Assembly (NCBI GenBank): GCA_946628295.1 | Contig: CAMOWI010000002.1 | Location: 11,596-75,595, forward strand | DNA length: 64,000 bases | Direction of reading: 5' to 3' | DNA from: an uncultured bacterium | GTDB taxonomy: Bacteria > Bacteroidota > Bacteroidia > Bacteroidales > Bacteroidaceae | Part shown: one piece after another, positions 27,970 through 37,841 of the stretch | How the letters are laid out: each line of letters begins with the position of its first letter | Position numbering within the stretch: position 1 is the stretch's first letter | Position numbers and translations under genes: made by a program | The notes under the pieces: model-generated | What the model saw: the letters and a program-made list of their open reading frames with translations, nothing else | Databases searched by the model: none | Told to the model about the DNA's origin: nothing

Positions 27970-30846
27970 ATGATGAAGAAATTGTTAGGATTGGCAGTGG
28001 CTGTTCTGATGGGCATGCAGTTGCAGGCTCAGGAGTCGATAAGTTTGACGGGTTCGTGGGACTTTGCAATAGGCGACACTGCCAAGTACGAAGACTACGT
28101 GATGCTGCCCGGCTCGATGCTGACCAACGACAAAGGAAATCCGGTGACGATAAATACTCCGTGGACGGGGTCCCTTTATGATTCCAGCTACTATTACAAC
28201 CCCTATATGAGGAAGTATCAGGTAGAAGGCAATGTCAAGTTCCCTTTCTTCCTGACCCCTGAGAAACATTATGTCGGTGATGCTTGGTACAGGAAAAGTG
28301 TCTATGTGCCTGAATCATGGAAGGGACAGCATATCACCCTCTACTTGGAGCGCCCGCACATCGAGACAACAGTCTTTATAAACGGTCAGAATGCAGGTCA
28401 CCAGATGTCCCTATCCACCCCCCATCAGTATAACGTCACCCCATTGATTGTGCCAGGGCAGCGCAACACCATCGCTATCAAGGTCTACAATGGCATCGAG
28501 AATGTCTGTGTGGGGCAAGACTCTCATAGCGTGACTGACCAGACACAAGGAAATTGGAATGGCATCGTAGGTACTATGGAACTGCGTTCCCAGCCAGATG
28601 AATTCTATATTAAGAAGGTAAAGGTGACACCCAATATCGCGACTCGTTTGATACGCTTGCATATAGAATTGGGCGGATACCCTAAAACAATGCTTTATAG
28701 CATTCCTGAAATGTCATTTGCTATAGAACGCGTCGGGCATCCCGAAGAAGCGCAAGTCTACTATTGCGACTATGACGCCTCAGAATTGACATTCGACATA
28801 CCCATGTGGCAAGATATGGTTGTCTGGGATGAGTTCCAACCCAATCTCTATCGTCTTGGTGTCTACGTGGGAAAAGATTATTACGAGACAACGTTCGGTA
28901 TACGCGACATAGCTATCAAGGATCGTCAGTTCTATCTCAATGGCCGCCCTATCTGGCTGCGCGGTACGGTGGAGAATTGCTGTTTCCCGGAAACAGGTTA
29001 TCCGCCCACAGATGAGGAGTCGTGGCTGAGGATATTCCGGAAGTGCAAGCAGTATGGTCTGAACCACATGCGTTTCCATAGCTATTGCCCTCCTGAGGCC
29101 GCCTTTGCTGCAGCAGATAAGGTGGGGTTCTTCTTGCAGCCGGAAGGCCCATCGTGGCCAAACCACGGTGTGAAACTTCGTCGGGGGCAGAAGATTGACG
29201 AATACCTGTTGGAGGAATCGAAGCGTATCATCGATGCCTATGGCCATCACCCGTCATTCATCATGATGGCCGCTGGTAATGAACCAGCTGGTGACTGGGT
29301 GAACTATTGTAATGACTGGGTGAAGGAGATGAAGAAGTATGATCCTACGAAAGTCTATTGTGGTGCCTCTGTTGGAGGCGGATGGGCATGGGATGACGGT
29401 TCTGAGTATCATGTGAAAGGCGGTGCTCGCGGTCTCGACTGGGACAAGCGTGCTCCACATTCCGATGACGACTATTATAGTCAGATAGAATATCCCCGCA
29501 ACTATAAAGACTCAGTACCCAATAACTCGCCTATCATAGCACATGAACAGGGACAATGGTGCGCCTTTCCCGACTTTAAGGAGATTTCGCAGTACACGGG
29601 AGCCTATAAGGCTAGAAATTTCGAGATATTCCGAGATTTACTCCGCGATAATGGTATGGCTGGTCAGGCGGAGAAGTTCCTGATGGCTAGCGGTAAGTTG
29701 CAGACACTCTGTTATAAATATGAGATAGAACGCAACCTGCGTACCAAGGACTATGCTGGATTCCAGTTGTTGGCACTCAACGACTACAGTGGACAGGGTA
29801 CTGCGCTTGAAGGTATACTCAACGTCCATTGGCAGGAAAAGGGATACACCACACCATCAGAATGGCACAGCTTCTGTGCTCCTCTGGTGACGCTTGCCCG
29901 ATTCCCCAAGTTCGTATATGCTAACAGTGATACACTCCGAGTACCCATCGAGGCATATAACGCTATGTATGGTACCATTGACTCTGTCCGCACCTCTTAT
30001 TTTATAACTGACGATAGTATGCGGGTGTATGTTGGTGGTGTGCTTTCCAAGAGGGATATTCCCGTAGGCAAGAACCACTCCCTGGGCACTATAGTTTTCC
30101 CGCTTGACACAATCAAAGAGGCGAAGAAACTTACACTGACAGTTATTATAGGAAAGACGCTGAAGAATCATTGGGATTTTTGGGTATATCCTCATTCGCT
30201 TGCTCCTTCCATGCAGACAGAGCCTGTAGGGGTTACGATTACCGATACCCTCGACACCCACGCTCTCGCCGTGCTCAAGAAGGGCGGTAAAGTGTTGTTG
30301 ACAGCTGCAGGCAAGGTGCGTTTAGGCAGTGATGTGGTACAGCATTACCTGCCCGTGTTCTGGAATACCTCGTGGTTTAAGATGCGCCCCCCGCACACCA
30401 CAGGTGCCTATATTGACACGCAGCATCCGCTCTTCAAATACGACTTTCCCACTGATGACTGGTCGAACTTGAACTGGTGGGAGTTGCTTAACCGTGCACA
30501 GGTGATGAACCTCATGGAGCTGCCTACCGACTACCAGCCGCCTATCCAGCCCATAGATACATGGCACGTTTCGCGCAAGCTTGGCATGCTCATTGAGGCC
30601 AATGTGCTGAAAGGCAAGTTGCTAATGACTACGATGGACATCGACTCCGACCTCGACCACCGGCTCGTGGCCCGCCAGATGCGGCAGGCCATCCTCCGCT
30701 ATATGGAGAGCGACGACTTCCGGCCCACCATCACCCTCCAGCCGCAGACGGTCACCGACTTCTTCACCAAGCAGGGGCCGAAGGTCAACATGTTTACCAA
30801 GGAATCTCCCGATGAGCTGAAGCCGAAGCTGATGACGAAACATTGA
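27970..30846 (+). CDS. GH2 family glycoside hydrolase
   Basis: AWYRK, FGIRDI, LNGRPIWLRG, GLNHMRFHSYCPP, HPSFIMMAAGNEP. Confidence 0.85.
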   Translation: MMKKLLGLAVAVLMGMQLQAQESISLTGSWDFAIGDTAKYEDYVMLPGSMLTNDKGNPVTINTPWTGSLYDSSYYYNPYMRKYQVEGNVKFPFFLTPEKHYVGDAWYRKSVYVPESWKGQHITLYLERPHIETTVFINGQNAGHQMSLSTPHQYNVTPLIVPGQRNTIAIKVYNGIENVCVGQDSHSVTDQTQGNWNGIVGTMELRSQPDEFYIKKVKVTPNIATRLIRLHIELGGYPKTMLYSIPEMSFAIERVGHPEEAQVYYCDYDASELTFDIPMWQDMVVWDEFQPNLYRLGVYVGKDYYETTFGIRDIAIKDRQFYLNGRPIWLRGTVENCCFPETGYPPTDEESWLRIFRKCKQYGLNHMRFHSYCPPEAAFAAADKVGFFLQPEGPSWPNHGVKLRRGQKIDEYLLEESKRIIDAYGHHPSFIMMAAGNEPAGDWVNYCNDWVKEMKKYDPTKVYCGASVGGGWAWDDGSEYHVKGGARGLDWDKRAPHSDDDYYSQIEYPRNYKDSVPNNSPIIAHEQGQWCAFPDFKEISQYTGAYKARNFEIFRDLLRDNGMAGQAEKFLMASGKLQTLCYKYEIERNLRTKDYAGFQLLALNDYSGQGTALEGILNVHWQEKGYTTPSEWHSFCAPLVTLARFPKFVYANSDTLRVPIEAYNAMYGTIDSVRTSYFITDDSMRVYVGGVLSKRDIPVGKNHSLGTIVFPLDTIKEAKKLTLTVIIGKTLKNHWDFWVYPHSLAPSMQTEPVGVTITDTLDTHALAVLKKGGKVLLTAAGKVRLGSDVVQHYLPVFWNTSWFKMRPPHTTGAYIDTQHPLFKYDFPTDDWSNLNWWELLNRAQVMNLMELPTDYQPPIQPIDTWHVSRKLGMLIEANVLKGKLLMTTMDIDSDLDHRLVARQMRQAILRYMESDDFRPTITLQPQTVTDFFTKQGPKVNMFTKESPDELKPKLMTKH

Positions 30847-30890
30847 TAATTTACGGCTGCTCTCTTACACTTGGTAGTCTTTTCTGACTA

Positions 30891-32939
30891 TTATTTCAGG
30901 AACTTGTTGACCGACTTGTCGGGGCCCAGATAGAAGCCAGGCTCCGAAGGCTGGTTGTAACCTACGTTCTGGGCGGCAGTGGAGAGGCGGTAGGGGATGT
31001 CCTCCATCAGGCAGTTGATGCGGTAGTCGGTGGGGATGGGGCTGACGAAGATGCGCAGCTCTGAGCTGTCTTCCGTGCGGGCCAGCACCTCCTCACGCCA
31101 GTCGCCCAGGATGTCGGCGCAGAGGGCAGGGTTCGACTTCGAGCCGTTGTTGAACTTGACATCGGGGAACTTGACGAGGTCTATGATCTGACGGTTCTTC
31201 CAGTCATACTTCGACACAGTCTCGTGGTCGAGCAGTTCACGCAGTAGGTCGCCGTCCCACCAGATGCCGAAGTTGATAGATAGGTGGCGGCCGTTCATCA
31301 TCAGATGCTGTTGGTGCTGCGGGTCGTCAGGATCCTGGGCATCGCTGAGCACCTCACCTTTTATATTACGTATGCCGTGGCTGTCGCTGCTCCACATCTC
31401 CAGACCAGGGTTGGTGGGGTCGATGTCTGCGGCCATGGCGCGGCCTACGTCACTCTTCGAGGGTATCTGGAAGATGACCTTGCCTGTGCGTGCATCGCGG
31501 AAGTCGGAGCCGTCACGCTTGTTCTCGTGGCAGTCCCACACCTGCAGCCGGGTGCTCTTGGGGTCGAAGGCCATCAGATGGATGGCATCTCCATGTCCCA
31601 TACCAGTGTTATAAAGTCCGCGCCCGTTATTGTCAATAGCCATTGAGCCATAAGTGATTTCGTCGCAACCATCACCGTCGACATCGGCCACGCGCAGGTT
31701 ATGGTTGCCCTGCCCTGCATAGTTTGCCCACTCGGGGGTATTGGTGTCGAAGGTCCAACGTTCTTTCAGTTCGCTACCGTCCCAGTCCCAGGTGGAGATG
31801 ACGGTGCGTGTGTAGTAGCCGCGGCAGAAAATAGCAGAAGCATGTACACCATCCAGATAGCCTACTCCAGCCAGCATACGGTCGGATCGGTTGGCGTATG
31901 CATCACCCCAGTCATCGGGATTGCCACGCTGTGGAATATAAGGTTTCGAATCCATGGCTTCGCCTGTGAGACCATTGAATACGGTGATATATTCCGGCCC
32001 CTCGAGGATGCGGCCTGTCATAGGACGGCGAGAGGTGTTGTAGCGTGACCATTCGCGCTGGCCGTTGAAATTTTCCTTGACTTGCTGCTGTGACTGTTGC
32101 AGTTGCTGACGCTGACCGCGTTGGCCTCGAGGCCCCTGTGGGCGGTTGAATTGGGGCTGAGGCTCCAACTCTCCGCGTGCTATTTTTGCAAGAGCTTCCT
32201 TGGCGCCTACCCGGTAGTCAGCCAGACTGTCGCCGATCACCTTACCAATCCCGTCACGAGTGCCGTCGGCGGTGCGTGCGATAAATTCTGCGCAACCGTC
32301 ACCGTCGAGGTCATAGACGATGAATGGTACGTAGTGGGCTCCAGAGCGGATGTTGATTCCCATGTTGATGCGCCAGAGCAGTGTGCCGTCGAGTCGGTAG
32401 CAGTCGAAGAGTGTAGGGCCGGTGAAGCCGTCGTGGGCATTGTCATGGGCGTTCGATGGATCCCATTTCAGGATGATTTCATACTGTCCGTCACCGTCGA
32501 CATCTGCCACTGAAGCATCGTTGGCGGAGTATGAGTAAGTCCAACCATTGGGAGCAATACCGTCGGCTGGCTTTCGTAGCTTCACGGGCAGATAACCTTC
32601 TGGTGAGCCCGCTTTCAAAGTGTAGTTGCCGTTCTTCCGCCCACCGCGAACCTCGTAGGTGGCATCCTCTGTGAGAGGCTGTTCGTCGATAAAGAATGTT
32701 CCGCCTTTCTTCATCGGACGTTGATTTAGTTTCGTGCCGTTGCGATAGATGTCAAAGGGTTCGCCAGTCTTGTCGCTGGTGAGTGTCCGCCAGCTGACAA
32801 TGACCTGTCCTCCCTGTCGGATGGCTATGACGCCACGGTCAAGTGTCTCACGCTTTAGTTTCTTGAAATTGTAGTTTGGTTGGGCTACTGCTGTCATTCC
32901 TAAGCAGAGGGCAACCATCGCAAGTAGTTTTTTCTTCAT
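30891..32939 (-). CDS. Rhamnogalacturonan lyase, PL11 (YesW/YesX-like)
   Basis: YSANDASVADVDGDGQYEIILKWDP, NIRSGAHY, CRGYYTR, GQGNH, GHGDAIH, DILGDWREE, QNVGYNQP. Confidence 0.92.
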   Translation of the reverse strand: MKKKLLAMVALCLGMTAVAQPNYNFKKLKRETLDRGVIAIRQGGQVIVSWRTLTSDKTGEPFDIYRNGTKLNQRPMKKGGTFFIDEQPLTEDATYEVRGGRKNGNYTLKAGSPEGYLPVKLRKPADGIAPNGWTYSYSANDASVADVDGDGQYEIILKWDPSNAHDNAHDGFTGPTLFDCYRLDGTLLWRINMGINIRSGAHYVPFIVYDLDGDGCAEFIARTADGTRDGIGKVIGDSLADYRVGAKEALAKIARGELEPQPQFNRPQGPRGQRGQRQQLQQSQQQVKENFNGQREWSRYNTSRRPMTGRILEGPEYITVFNGLTGEAMDSKPYIPQRGNPDDWGDAYANRSDRMLAGVGYLDGVHASAIFCRGYYTRTVISTWDWDGSELKERWTFDTNTPEWANYAGQGNHNLRVADVDGDGCDEITYGSMAIDNNGRGLYNTGMGHGDAIHLMAFDPKSTRLQVWDCHENKRDGSDFRDARTGKVIFQIPSKSDVGRAMAADIDPTNPGLEMWSSDSHGIRNIKGEVLSDAQDPDDPQHQQHLMMNGRHLSINFGIWWDGDLLRELLDHETVSKYDWKNRQIIDLVKFPDVKFNNGSKSNPALCADILGDWREEVLARTEDSSELRIFVSPIPTDYRINCLMEDIPYRLSTAAQNVGYNQPSEPGFYLGPDKSVNKFLK

Positions 32940-33102
32940 TCTTAGTTCGTTTTAGTTATGTATTTGTGTGCAAATATACAAAAAAAATCCTATCTGCTAT
33001 TATTAAAATCAAAGATTGTGGTATGAAAATCAAAATTCATGGTTCATTTATGGAATATTTTCCTTAACTTTGCCCCTGAAAATAAGCACAAATGATTAGC
33101 AG

Positions 33103-34293
33103 ATGAAAAGAACAATCTTTTTCCTATGTGCTTTTGCATTCCTGAATTTAATAGGGGCGCAGGCACAGGTTATTACTGACACCTTACTTAACAAGACAAG
33201 TGAGAAACCTTTCTATTTCTCCGTACCTGTACCAGATGGTAATTACCGGGTGACTGTCACCTTGGGGGCGAAGAAGAAGGCTTCAGAGACAGTGGTGAGG
33301 GCAGAGTCACGACGGTTGATGGTAGAGAACTGTGCTACGAAGCGTGGTAAATTTGAGACTAGAAGTTTCATTGTCAGTAAACGCTCAGCCGAAATTCCCG
33401 GAGGAGGAAAGGTGAGCCTTAAACCCCGTGAACTAGACTATCTGAACTGGGACAATCTGCTTACATTGGAATTTAATGGTCCTGCGCCTGCCGTTAAGTC
33501 CATCCGAATAGAACCTGATACAACGGCTACTACCATATTCCTCTGTGGCAACTCCACCGTGGTGGATCAGGAACTGGAGCCTTGGGCTTCGTGGGGGCAG
33601 ATGATTCCCCGTTGGTTCACGGATAAAGTGGCTATTTCTAACCATGCCGAGAGTGGCCTGACTGTTCGTACCTTCCTTAACGGACATCGCCTCGACAAGG
33701 TGCTCTCTATGGCCAAGGCGGGCGACTACGTGGTCTGTGAGTTCGGACATAATGACCAGAAGGAGAAAGGAGCCGGTGATGGTGCCTGGTATCATTTCGC
33801 CCACGGATTGAAAACTTTCATCGATCGTGTGAGGGCAGCAGGAGCAAATATTATTTTTGTTACTCCCACTCAACGTCGCAGCTTCGATGAGGCTACCCAT
33901 AGCAAGATACAAGAGACTCACCTCGACTACCCTGATGCGATGAGGACTGTGGCTAAGCGTGAGGGTGTGCCCGTCATTGAACTCCACGACATGACCCGTG
34001 ACTTCTTCGAGACACTTGGCTTTGAGGGCAGCAAACGAGCATTAGTGCATTATGCCGCTAATACTTTTCCTGGACAGACGAAAGCGCTGGCAGACAATAC
34101 ACACTTTAATCCCTATGGGGCCTATGAGGTGGCCAAGATGGTCGTGATGGGCATGAAACAACTACAGTTGCCCTTCATAAAAGAGCTGAAGGCCGACTGG
34201 CAGGATTTTGACCCTAAACAGCCCGATGATCCCGACGCCTTCGTCTGGTATCCATCTGTCAAGCAGGATGTTACAAAGCCTGATGGGAACTAA
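33103..34293 (+). CDS. Rhamnogalacturonan acetylesterase (CE12-like SGNH)
   Basis: FLCGNSTV, SWGQM, NHAESG, EFGHNDQK, DNTHFN. Confidence 0.88.
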   Translation: MKRTIFFLCAFAFLNLIGAQAQVITDTLLNKTSEKPFYFSVPVPDGNYRVTVTLGAKKKASETVVRAESRRLMVENCATKRGKFETRSFIVSKRSAEIPGGGKVSLKPRELDYLNWDNLLTLEFNGPAPAVKSIRIEPDTTATTIFLCGNSTVVDQELEPWASWGQMIPRWFTDKVAISNHAESGLTVRTFLNGHRLDKVLSMAKAGDYVVCEFGHNDQKEKGAGDGAWYHFAHGLKTFIDRVRAAGANIIFVTPTQRRSFDEATHSKIQETHLDYPDAMRTVAKREGVPVIELHDMTRDFFETLGFEGSKRALVHYAANTFPGQTKALADNTHFNPYGAYEVAKMVVMGMKQLQLPFIKELKADWQDFDPKQPDDPDAFVWYPSVKQDVTKPDGN

Positions 34294-34330
34294 GTAAGCG
34301 TTATTAACAAACTTCAAATTTCAGAATAAT

Positions 34331-34648
34331 ATGAAAAGATTTGCATTCAAGATGTACCTGAAACCAGGTTGTGAGAAAGAGTACGAGAAGCGTCATGCCG
34401 CTATCTGGCCTGAGCTCGTGAAAATGATTAAAGATGGTGGCGTGAGCAACTATAGTATCTATTGGGACAAAGATACCAACATATTATTTGGCTATCAAGA
34501 GTGTGAGGGCGAAGGCAATTCGCAGGATACAGAGAATGTTGACCCAATCACTCAGAAATGGTGGGATATGATGGCTGACATTATGGAAGTAAACCCTGAT
34601 AACTCGCCCGTCACAGTACCCATCCAAGAAGTGTTCCATCTCGATTGA
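34331..34648 (+). CDS. rhaM: L-rhamnose mutarotase
   Basis: AFKMYLKPG, EYEKRHAAIWPEL, NYSIY, KWWDMMADIM, EVFHLD. Confidence 0.93.
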   Translation: MKRFAFKMYLKPGCEKEYEKRHAAIWPELVKMIKDGGVSNYSIYWDKDTNILFGYQECEGEGNSQDTENVDPITQKWWDMMADIMEVNPDNSPVTVPIQEVFHLD

Positions 34649-34683
34649 TCAAGGCCCGTCGACTTGACCTATCTTATTTTAAC

Positions 34684-34735
34684 ACGGATTAATCAAAATT
34701 CCTTTGGGAAAATGAAGATTAATCCGTTTTCTTTT
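34684..34735 (+). terminator. Probable intrinsic terminator after rhaM
   Basis: ACGGATTAATC...GATTAATCCGT followed by a T-rich tract. Confidence 0.55.
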
Positions 34736-34786
34736 TGTACCTTTGCAGCCTAATTGGAATATTTATAACGTTATAATATAGAAAAA

Positions 34787-35383
34787 ATGGCAGAAACAAA
34801 GAAGATTAAGACCGCTTTGGTATCAGTATTCCACAAGGACGGTCTCGACGAACTTTTGAAGAAGTTGAACGAGGAGGGCGTAAAGTTCTTGTCCACAGGA
34901 GGAACGCAGCAGTTTATTGAGTCGCTTGGCTATGAGTGCCAGAAGGTGGAAGATGTGACGACTTATCCTTCTATCCTTGGCGGCCGTGTGAAGACACTCC
35001 ACCCGAAGGTGTTCGGAGGTATTTTGGGGCGTCGCGATAACGAGGGTGATCAGGCTCAGATGAAACAATATGAGATTCCGGAGATTGATCTGGTCATCGT
35101 TGACCTATATCCGTTTGAACAGACTGTAGCCAGTGGCGCTTCAGAAGACGATATTATCGAAAAAATTGATATTGGCGGCATTTCTCTTATTCGTGCAGGA
35201 GCAAAGAACTTCAACGATGTGGTGATTGTGCCCAGCAAGGCTGAATACAGTTTGCTTTTAGAGATTCTCAATAAGCAGGGAGCCGAGACAACCAAAGAGC
35301 AGCGTAGGGTGTTTGCCACACGTGCCTTCGGTGTGAGTTCTCACTATGATACTGCTATCAATGCTTGGTTCGCTAAGAAGTAG
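34787..35383 (+). CDS. purH: IMP cyclohydrolase (stand-alone N-terminal PurH domain)
   Basis: ALVSVFHKDGL, STGGT, GGRVKTLHP, IDIGGISLIRAGAKNF; 198 aa with no transformylase domain. Confidence 0.9.
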   Translation: MAETKKIKTALVSVFHKDGLDELLKKLNEEGVKFLSTGGTQQFIESLGYECQKVEDVTTYPSILGGRVKTLHPKVFGGILGRRDNEGDQAQMKQYEIPEIDLVIVDLYPFEQTVASGASEDDIIEKIDIGGISLIRAGAKNFNDVVIVPSKAEYSLLLEILNKQGAETTKEQRRVFATRAFGVSSHYDTAINAWFAKK

Positions 35384-35423
35384 TCAAAAAGTTCAGATTC
35401 AAAGATAATTGTTCAAGGAAAGT

Positions 35424-36446
35424 ATGGGATTTTTTAGTTTTGTCCAAGAAATAGCAATGGACTTGGGTACTGCCAACACGATTATTATCAGTGATGACAA
35501 GATTGTGGTTGACGAGCCTTCGGTGGTGGCACTCGATCGCCGTACCGATAAGATGATTGCCGTGGGTAACCAGGCAAAAATGATGTACGAGAAGACACAT
35601 GACAATATCCGTACCATCCGTCCGCTACGCGATGGTGTGATTGCTGACTTCTCTGCTTGCGAGCAGATGATTCGCGGTCTGATAAAGATGGTTCATACAG
35701 GTAGTCGCTTGTTTTCCCCGTCTTTGCGTATGGTCATTGGTGTGCCCTCAGGTTCAACTGAAGTGGAGCTTCGTGCTGTGCGCGACTCTGCCGAGCATGC
35801 CGATGGTCGTGATGTTTACCTGATTTTTGAACCGATGGCAGCTGCTATCGGTATTGGTATAGATGTGGAGGCCCCGGAAGGCAATATGATCGTCGATATC
35901 GGCGGAGGAACCACGGAGATTGCAGTCATCTCATTGGGTGGTATCGTGGCTAACACAAGTATCAAGGTGGCTGGTGACGATTTGAATACCGACATTCAGG
36001 AGTATATGTCGCGTCAGCACAACGTGAAGGTTAGTGAGCGTATGGCAGAACGTATCAAGATTGCCGTAGGCTCTGCTCTGACAGACCTTGGTGACGATGC
36101 GCCTGATGATTTCACCGTTCATGGGCCAAACCGTATCACAGCGCTGCCGATGGAGGTGAACGTTTGTTATCAGGAGATAGCCCACTGTATTGATAAGACT
36201 GTGGCCCGAATTGAGAATGCCGTACTCTCTGCACTGGAGAATACTCCACCAGAACTGTACGCCGACATTGTGAAGAATGGTATCTATCTCTCAGGCGGTG
36301 GCGCATTGCTTCGCGGACTTGATCGTCGTTTGGAGGAGAAGATTAATATTCCCTTCCATGTACCTGAGGATCCTCTGCACAGTGTTGCGAAGGGTGCCGG
36401 CATCGCGCTGAAGAATATTGATAGATTCACATTTCTGATGAGGTAG
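35424..36446 (+). CDS. mreB: Rod shape-determining protein MreB
   Basis: DLGTANT, RPLRDGVIADF, EPMAAAIG, DIGGGTTE, GGGALLRG. Confidence 0.97.
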   Translation: MGFFSFVQEIAMDLGTANTIIISDDKIVVDEPSVVALDRRTDKMIAVGNQAKMMYEKTHDNIRTIRPLRDGVIADFSACEQMIRGLIKMVHTGSRLFSPSLRMVIGVPSGSTEVELRAVRDSAEHADGRDVYLIFEPMAAAIGIGIDVEAPEGNMIVDIGGGTTEIAVISLGGIVANTSIKVAGDDLNTDIQEYMSRQHNVKVSERMAERIKIAVGSALTDLGDDAPDDFTVHGPNRITALPMEVNVCYQEIAHCIDKTVARIENAVLSALENTPPELYADIVKNGIYLSGGGALLRGLDRRLEEKINIPFHVPEDPLHSVAKGAGIALKNIDRFTFLMR

Positions 36447-37312
36447 TGCGCAACCTGCTGGATTTTCTGAAGGATCATTATCACTGGTTTCTCTTTATTC
36501 TATTGGAGGCAATCAGTGTAGCCATGCTGTTCAGATACAATAGTTACCAGAACAGTGTATGGCTATCTTCAGCCAATGCAGCAATAGGGAAGGTCTATGA
36601 GATGGAAAGTGGCATCACCACTTTCTTCTCCATGACCAGGGCCAATGAGGAACTAACGCTTCGCAACTTTTACCTGGAACGGCAGGTTGATCAGCTCAGA
36701 CGACTCTACATGGAAGCAACACAGGACACTACTGTGAAAGAGAGGCAAGAGCTTCAGCTGCTAAGTAAGTACAGGCTGATACCCGCCAAGGTCGTATCAA
36801 ACTCTCTTAACAAGCGGGAGAATCTGATAACCATAGATAAGGGACGGGCTGACGGTGTAGAAGTAGACATGGGTGTCGCATGCGGAAATGGTGTGGTAGG
36901 AGTGGTTTATCTGGTGTCCGAGCACTATTCGGTTGTTATACCAGTGCTTAATACCAAGATGTCGCGCATCAGTTGTGCCATTCGTGACCGTAATTATTTC
37001 GGTTATCTGAATTGGGATGGACGTGACCCTTCGGTGGCTTTTGTAGAAGATATCCCTCGCCATGCTCATTTCAAGCGCGGCGAATGGGTGGTTACAAGTG
37101 GCTATTCGTCTATCTTCCCGTCAGGAGTGATGGTAGGTCGGATTGAGAAGGTTTTTAACTCTGCCGATGGTCTGTCGTATAAGTTGCAGGTGCGTTTGAG
37201 TACCGATTTCGGATGTTTGCGTGATGTCTGTGTGATTAGCGACCAGAGCTTTTCTGAGCGTATAAGGCTGCAGGAAGCGGCGCGTGACTCGATGAAGACA
37301 TATAGTAACTAA
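36446..37312 (+). CDS. mreC: Rod shape-determining protein MreC
   Basis: N-terminal TM, ITIDKGRADGV, GVVGVV, VVTSGYSSIFP; synteny. Confidence 0.93.
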   Translation: MRNLLDFLKDHYHWFLFILLEAISVAMLFRYNSYQNSVWLSSANAAIGKVYEMESGITTFFSMTRANEELTLRNFYLERQVDQLRRLYMEATQDTTVKERQELQLLSKYRLIPAKVVSNSLNKRENLITIDKGRADGVEVDMGVACGNGVVGVVYLVSEHYSVVIPVLNTKMSRISCAIRDRNYFGYLNWDGRDPSVAFVEDIPRHAHFKRGEWVVTSGYSSIFPSGVMVGRIEKVFNSADGLSYKLQVRLSTDFGCLRDVCVISDQSFSERIRLQEAARDSMKTYSN

Positions 37313-37340
37313 TTAGGGATAGTGATTAAGGAGTAGTAGG

Positions 37341-37841
37341 GTGTCGGTAGATTTCTTTATACGTTTAGGCTGGTTTGTTGCCTTGTGCGTGGTTCAGGTA
37401 TTGTTCTTGAATCATATCCATCTGTTTGGTGTGGCCATACCATTGCTTTACGTCTATTTTCCTATCACCTTCCATCGTGGGATAGCCAAGTGGGAGGCAC
37501 TTCTGTGGAGCTTCGTACTTGGTCTGGCAATCGATGTGGCTTCGAATACACCCGGATTAGCCTCTGCCTCGTTGACATTGGTCGGTATGCTGCAGACCTA
37601 TATCTTGGAATTGTTTGTACCGCGTGATGCACCGGAGAAGATGGAGGTGTCCATCACAACGCTGGGCTTAGCCAAGTTCGTTGTGCTGAGCTTGATCTTG
37701 ATAGTGCTTTTCTGTCTGGTATTCTTTGCTCTGGAAGCCTTCAATTTCTTCGACTGGCTCTATTGGTTGGAGTGTGTGGGGGCAAGTGCGATACTTACCT
37801 TGGTTATGATACTTGCAATCGAAAGTGTTCGTAAAAAGTGA
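37341..37841 (+). CDS. mreD: Rod shape-determining protein MreD
   Basis: Small multi-TM protein between mreC and the PBP2 gene. Confidence 0.88.
   Translation: MSVDFFIRLGWFVALCVVQVLFLNHIHLFGVAIPLLYVYFPITFHRGIAKWEALLWSFVLGLAIDVASNTPGLASASLTLVGMLQTYILELFVPRDAPEKMEVSITTLGLAKFVVLSLILIVLFCLVFFALEAFNFFDWLYWLECVGASAILTLVMILAIESVRKK

Noticed and set aside
34787-35383. Short purH as a pseudogene
   Set aside because: The cyclohydrolase domain is complete with a clean stop and a promoter motif; split PurH is known in Bacteroidales.
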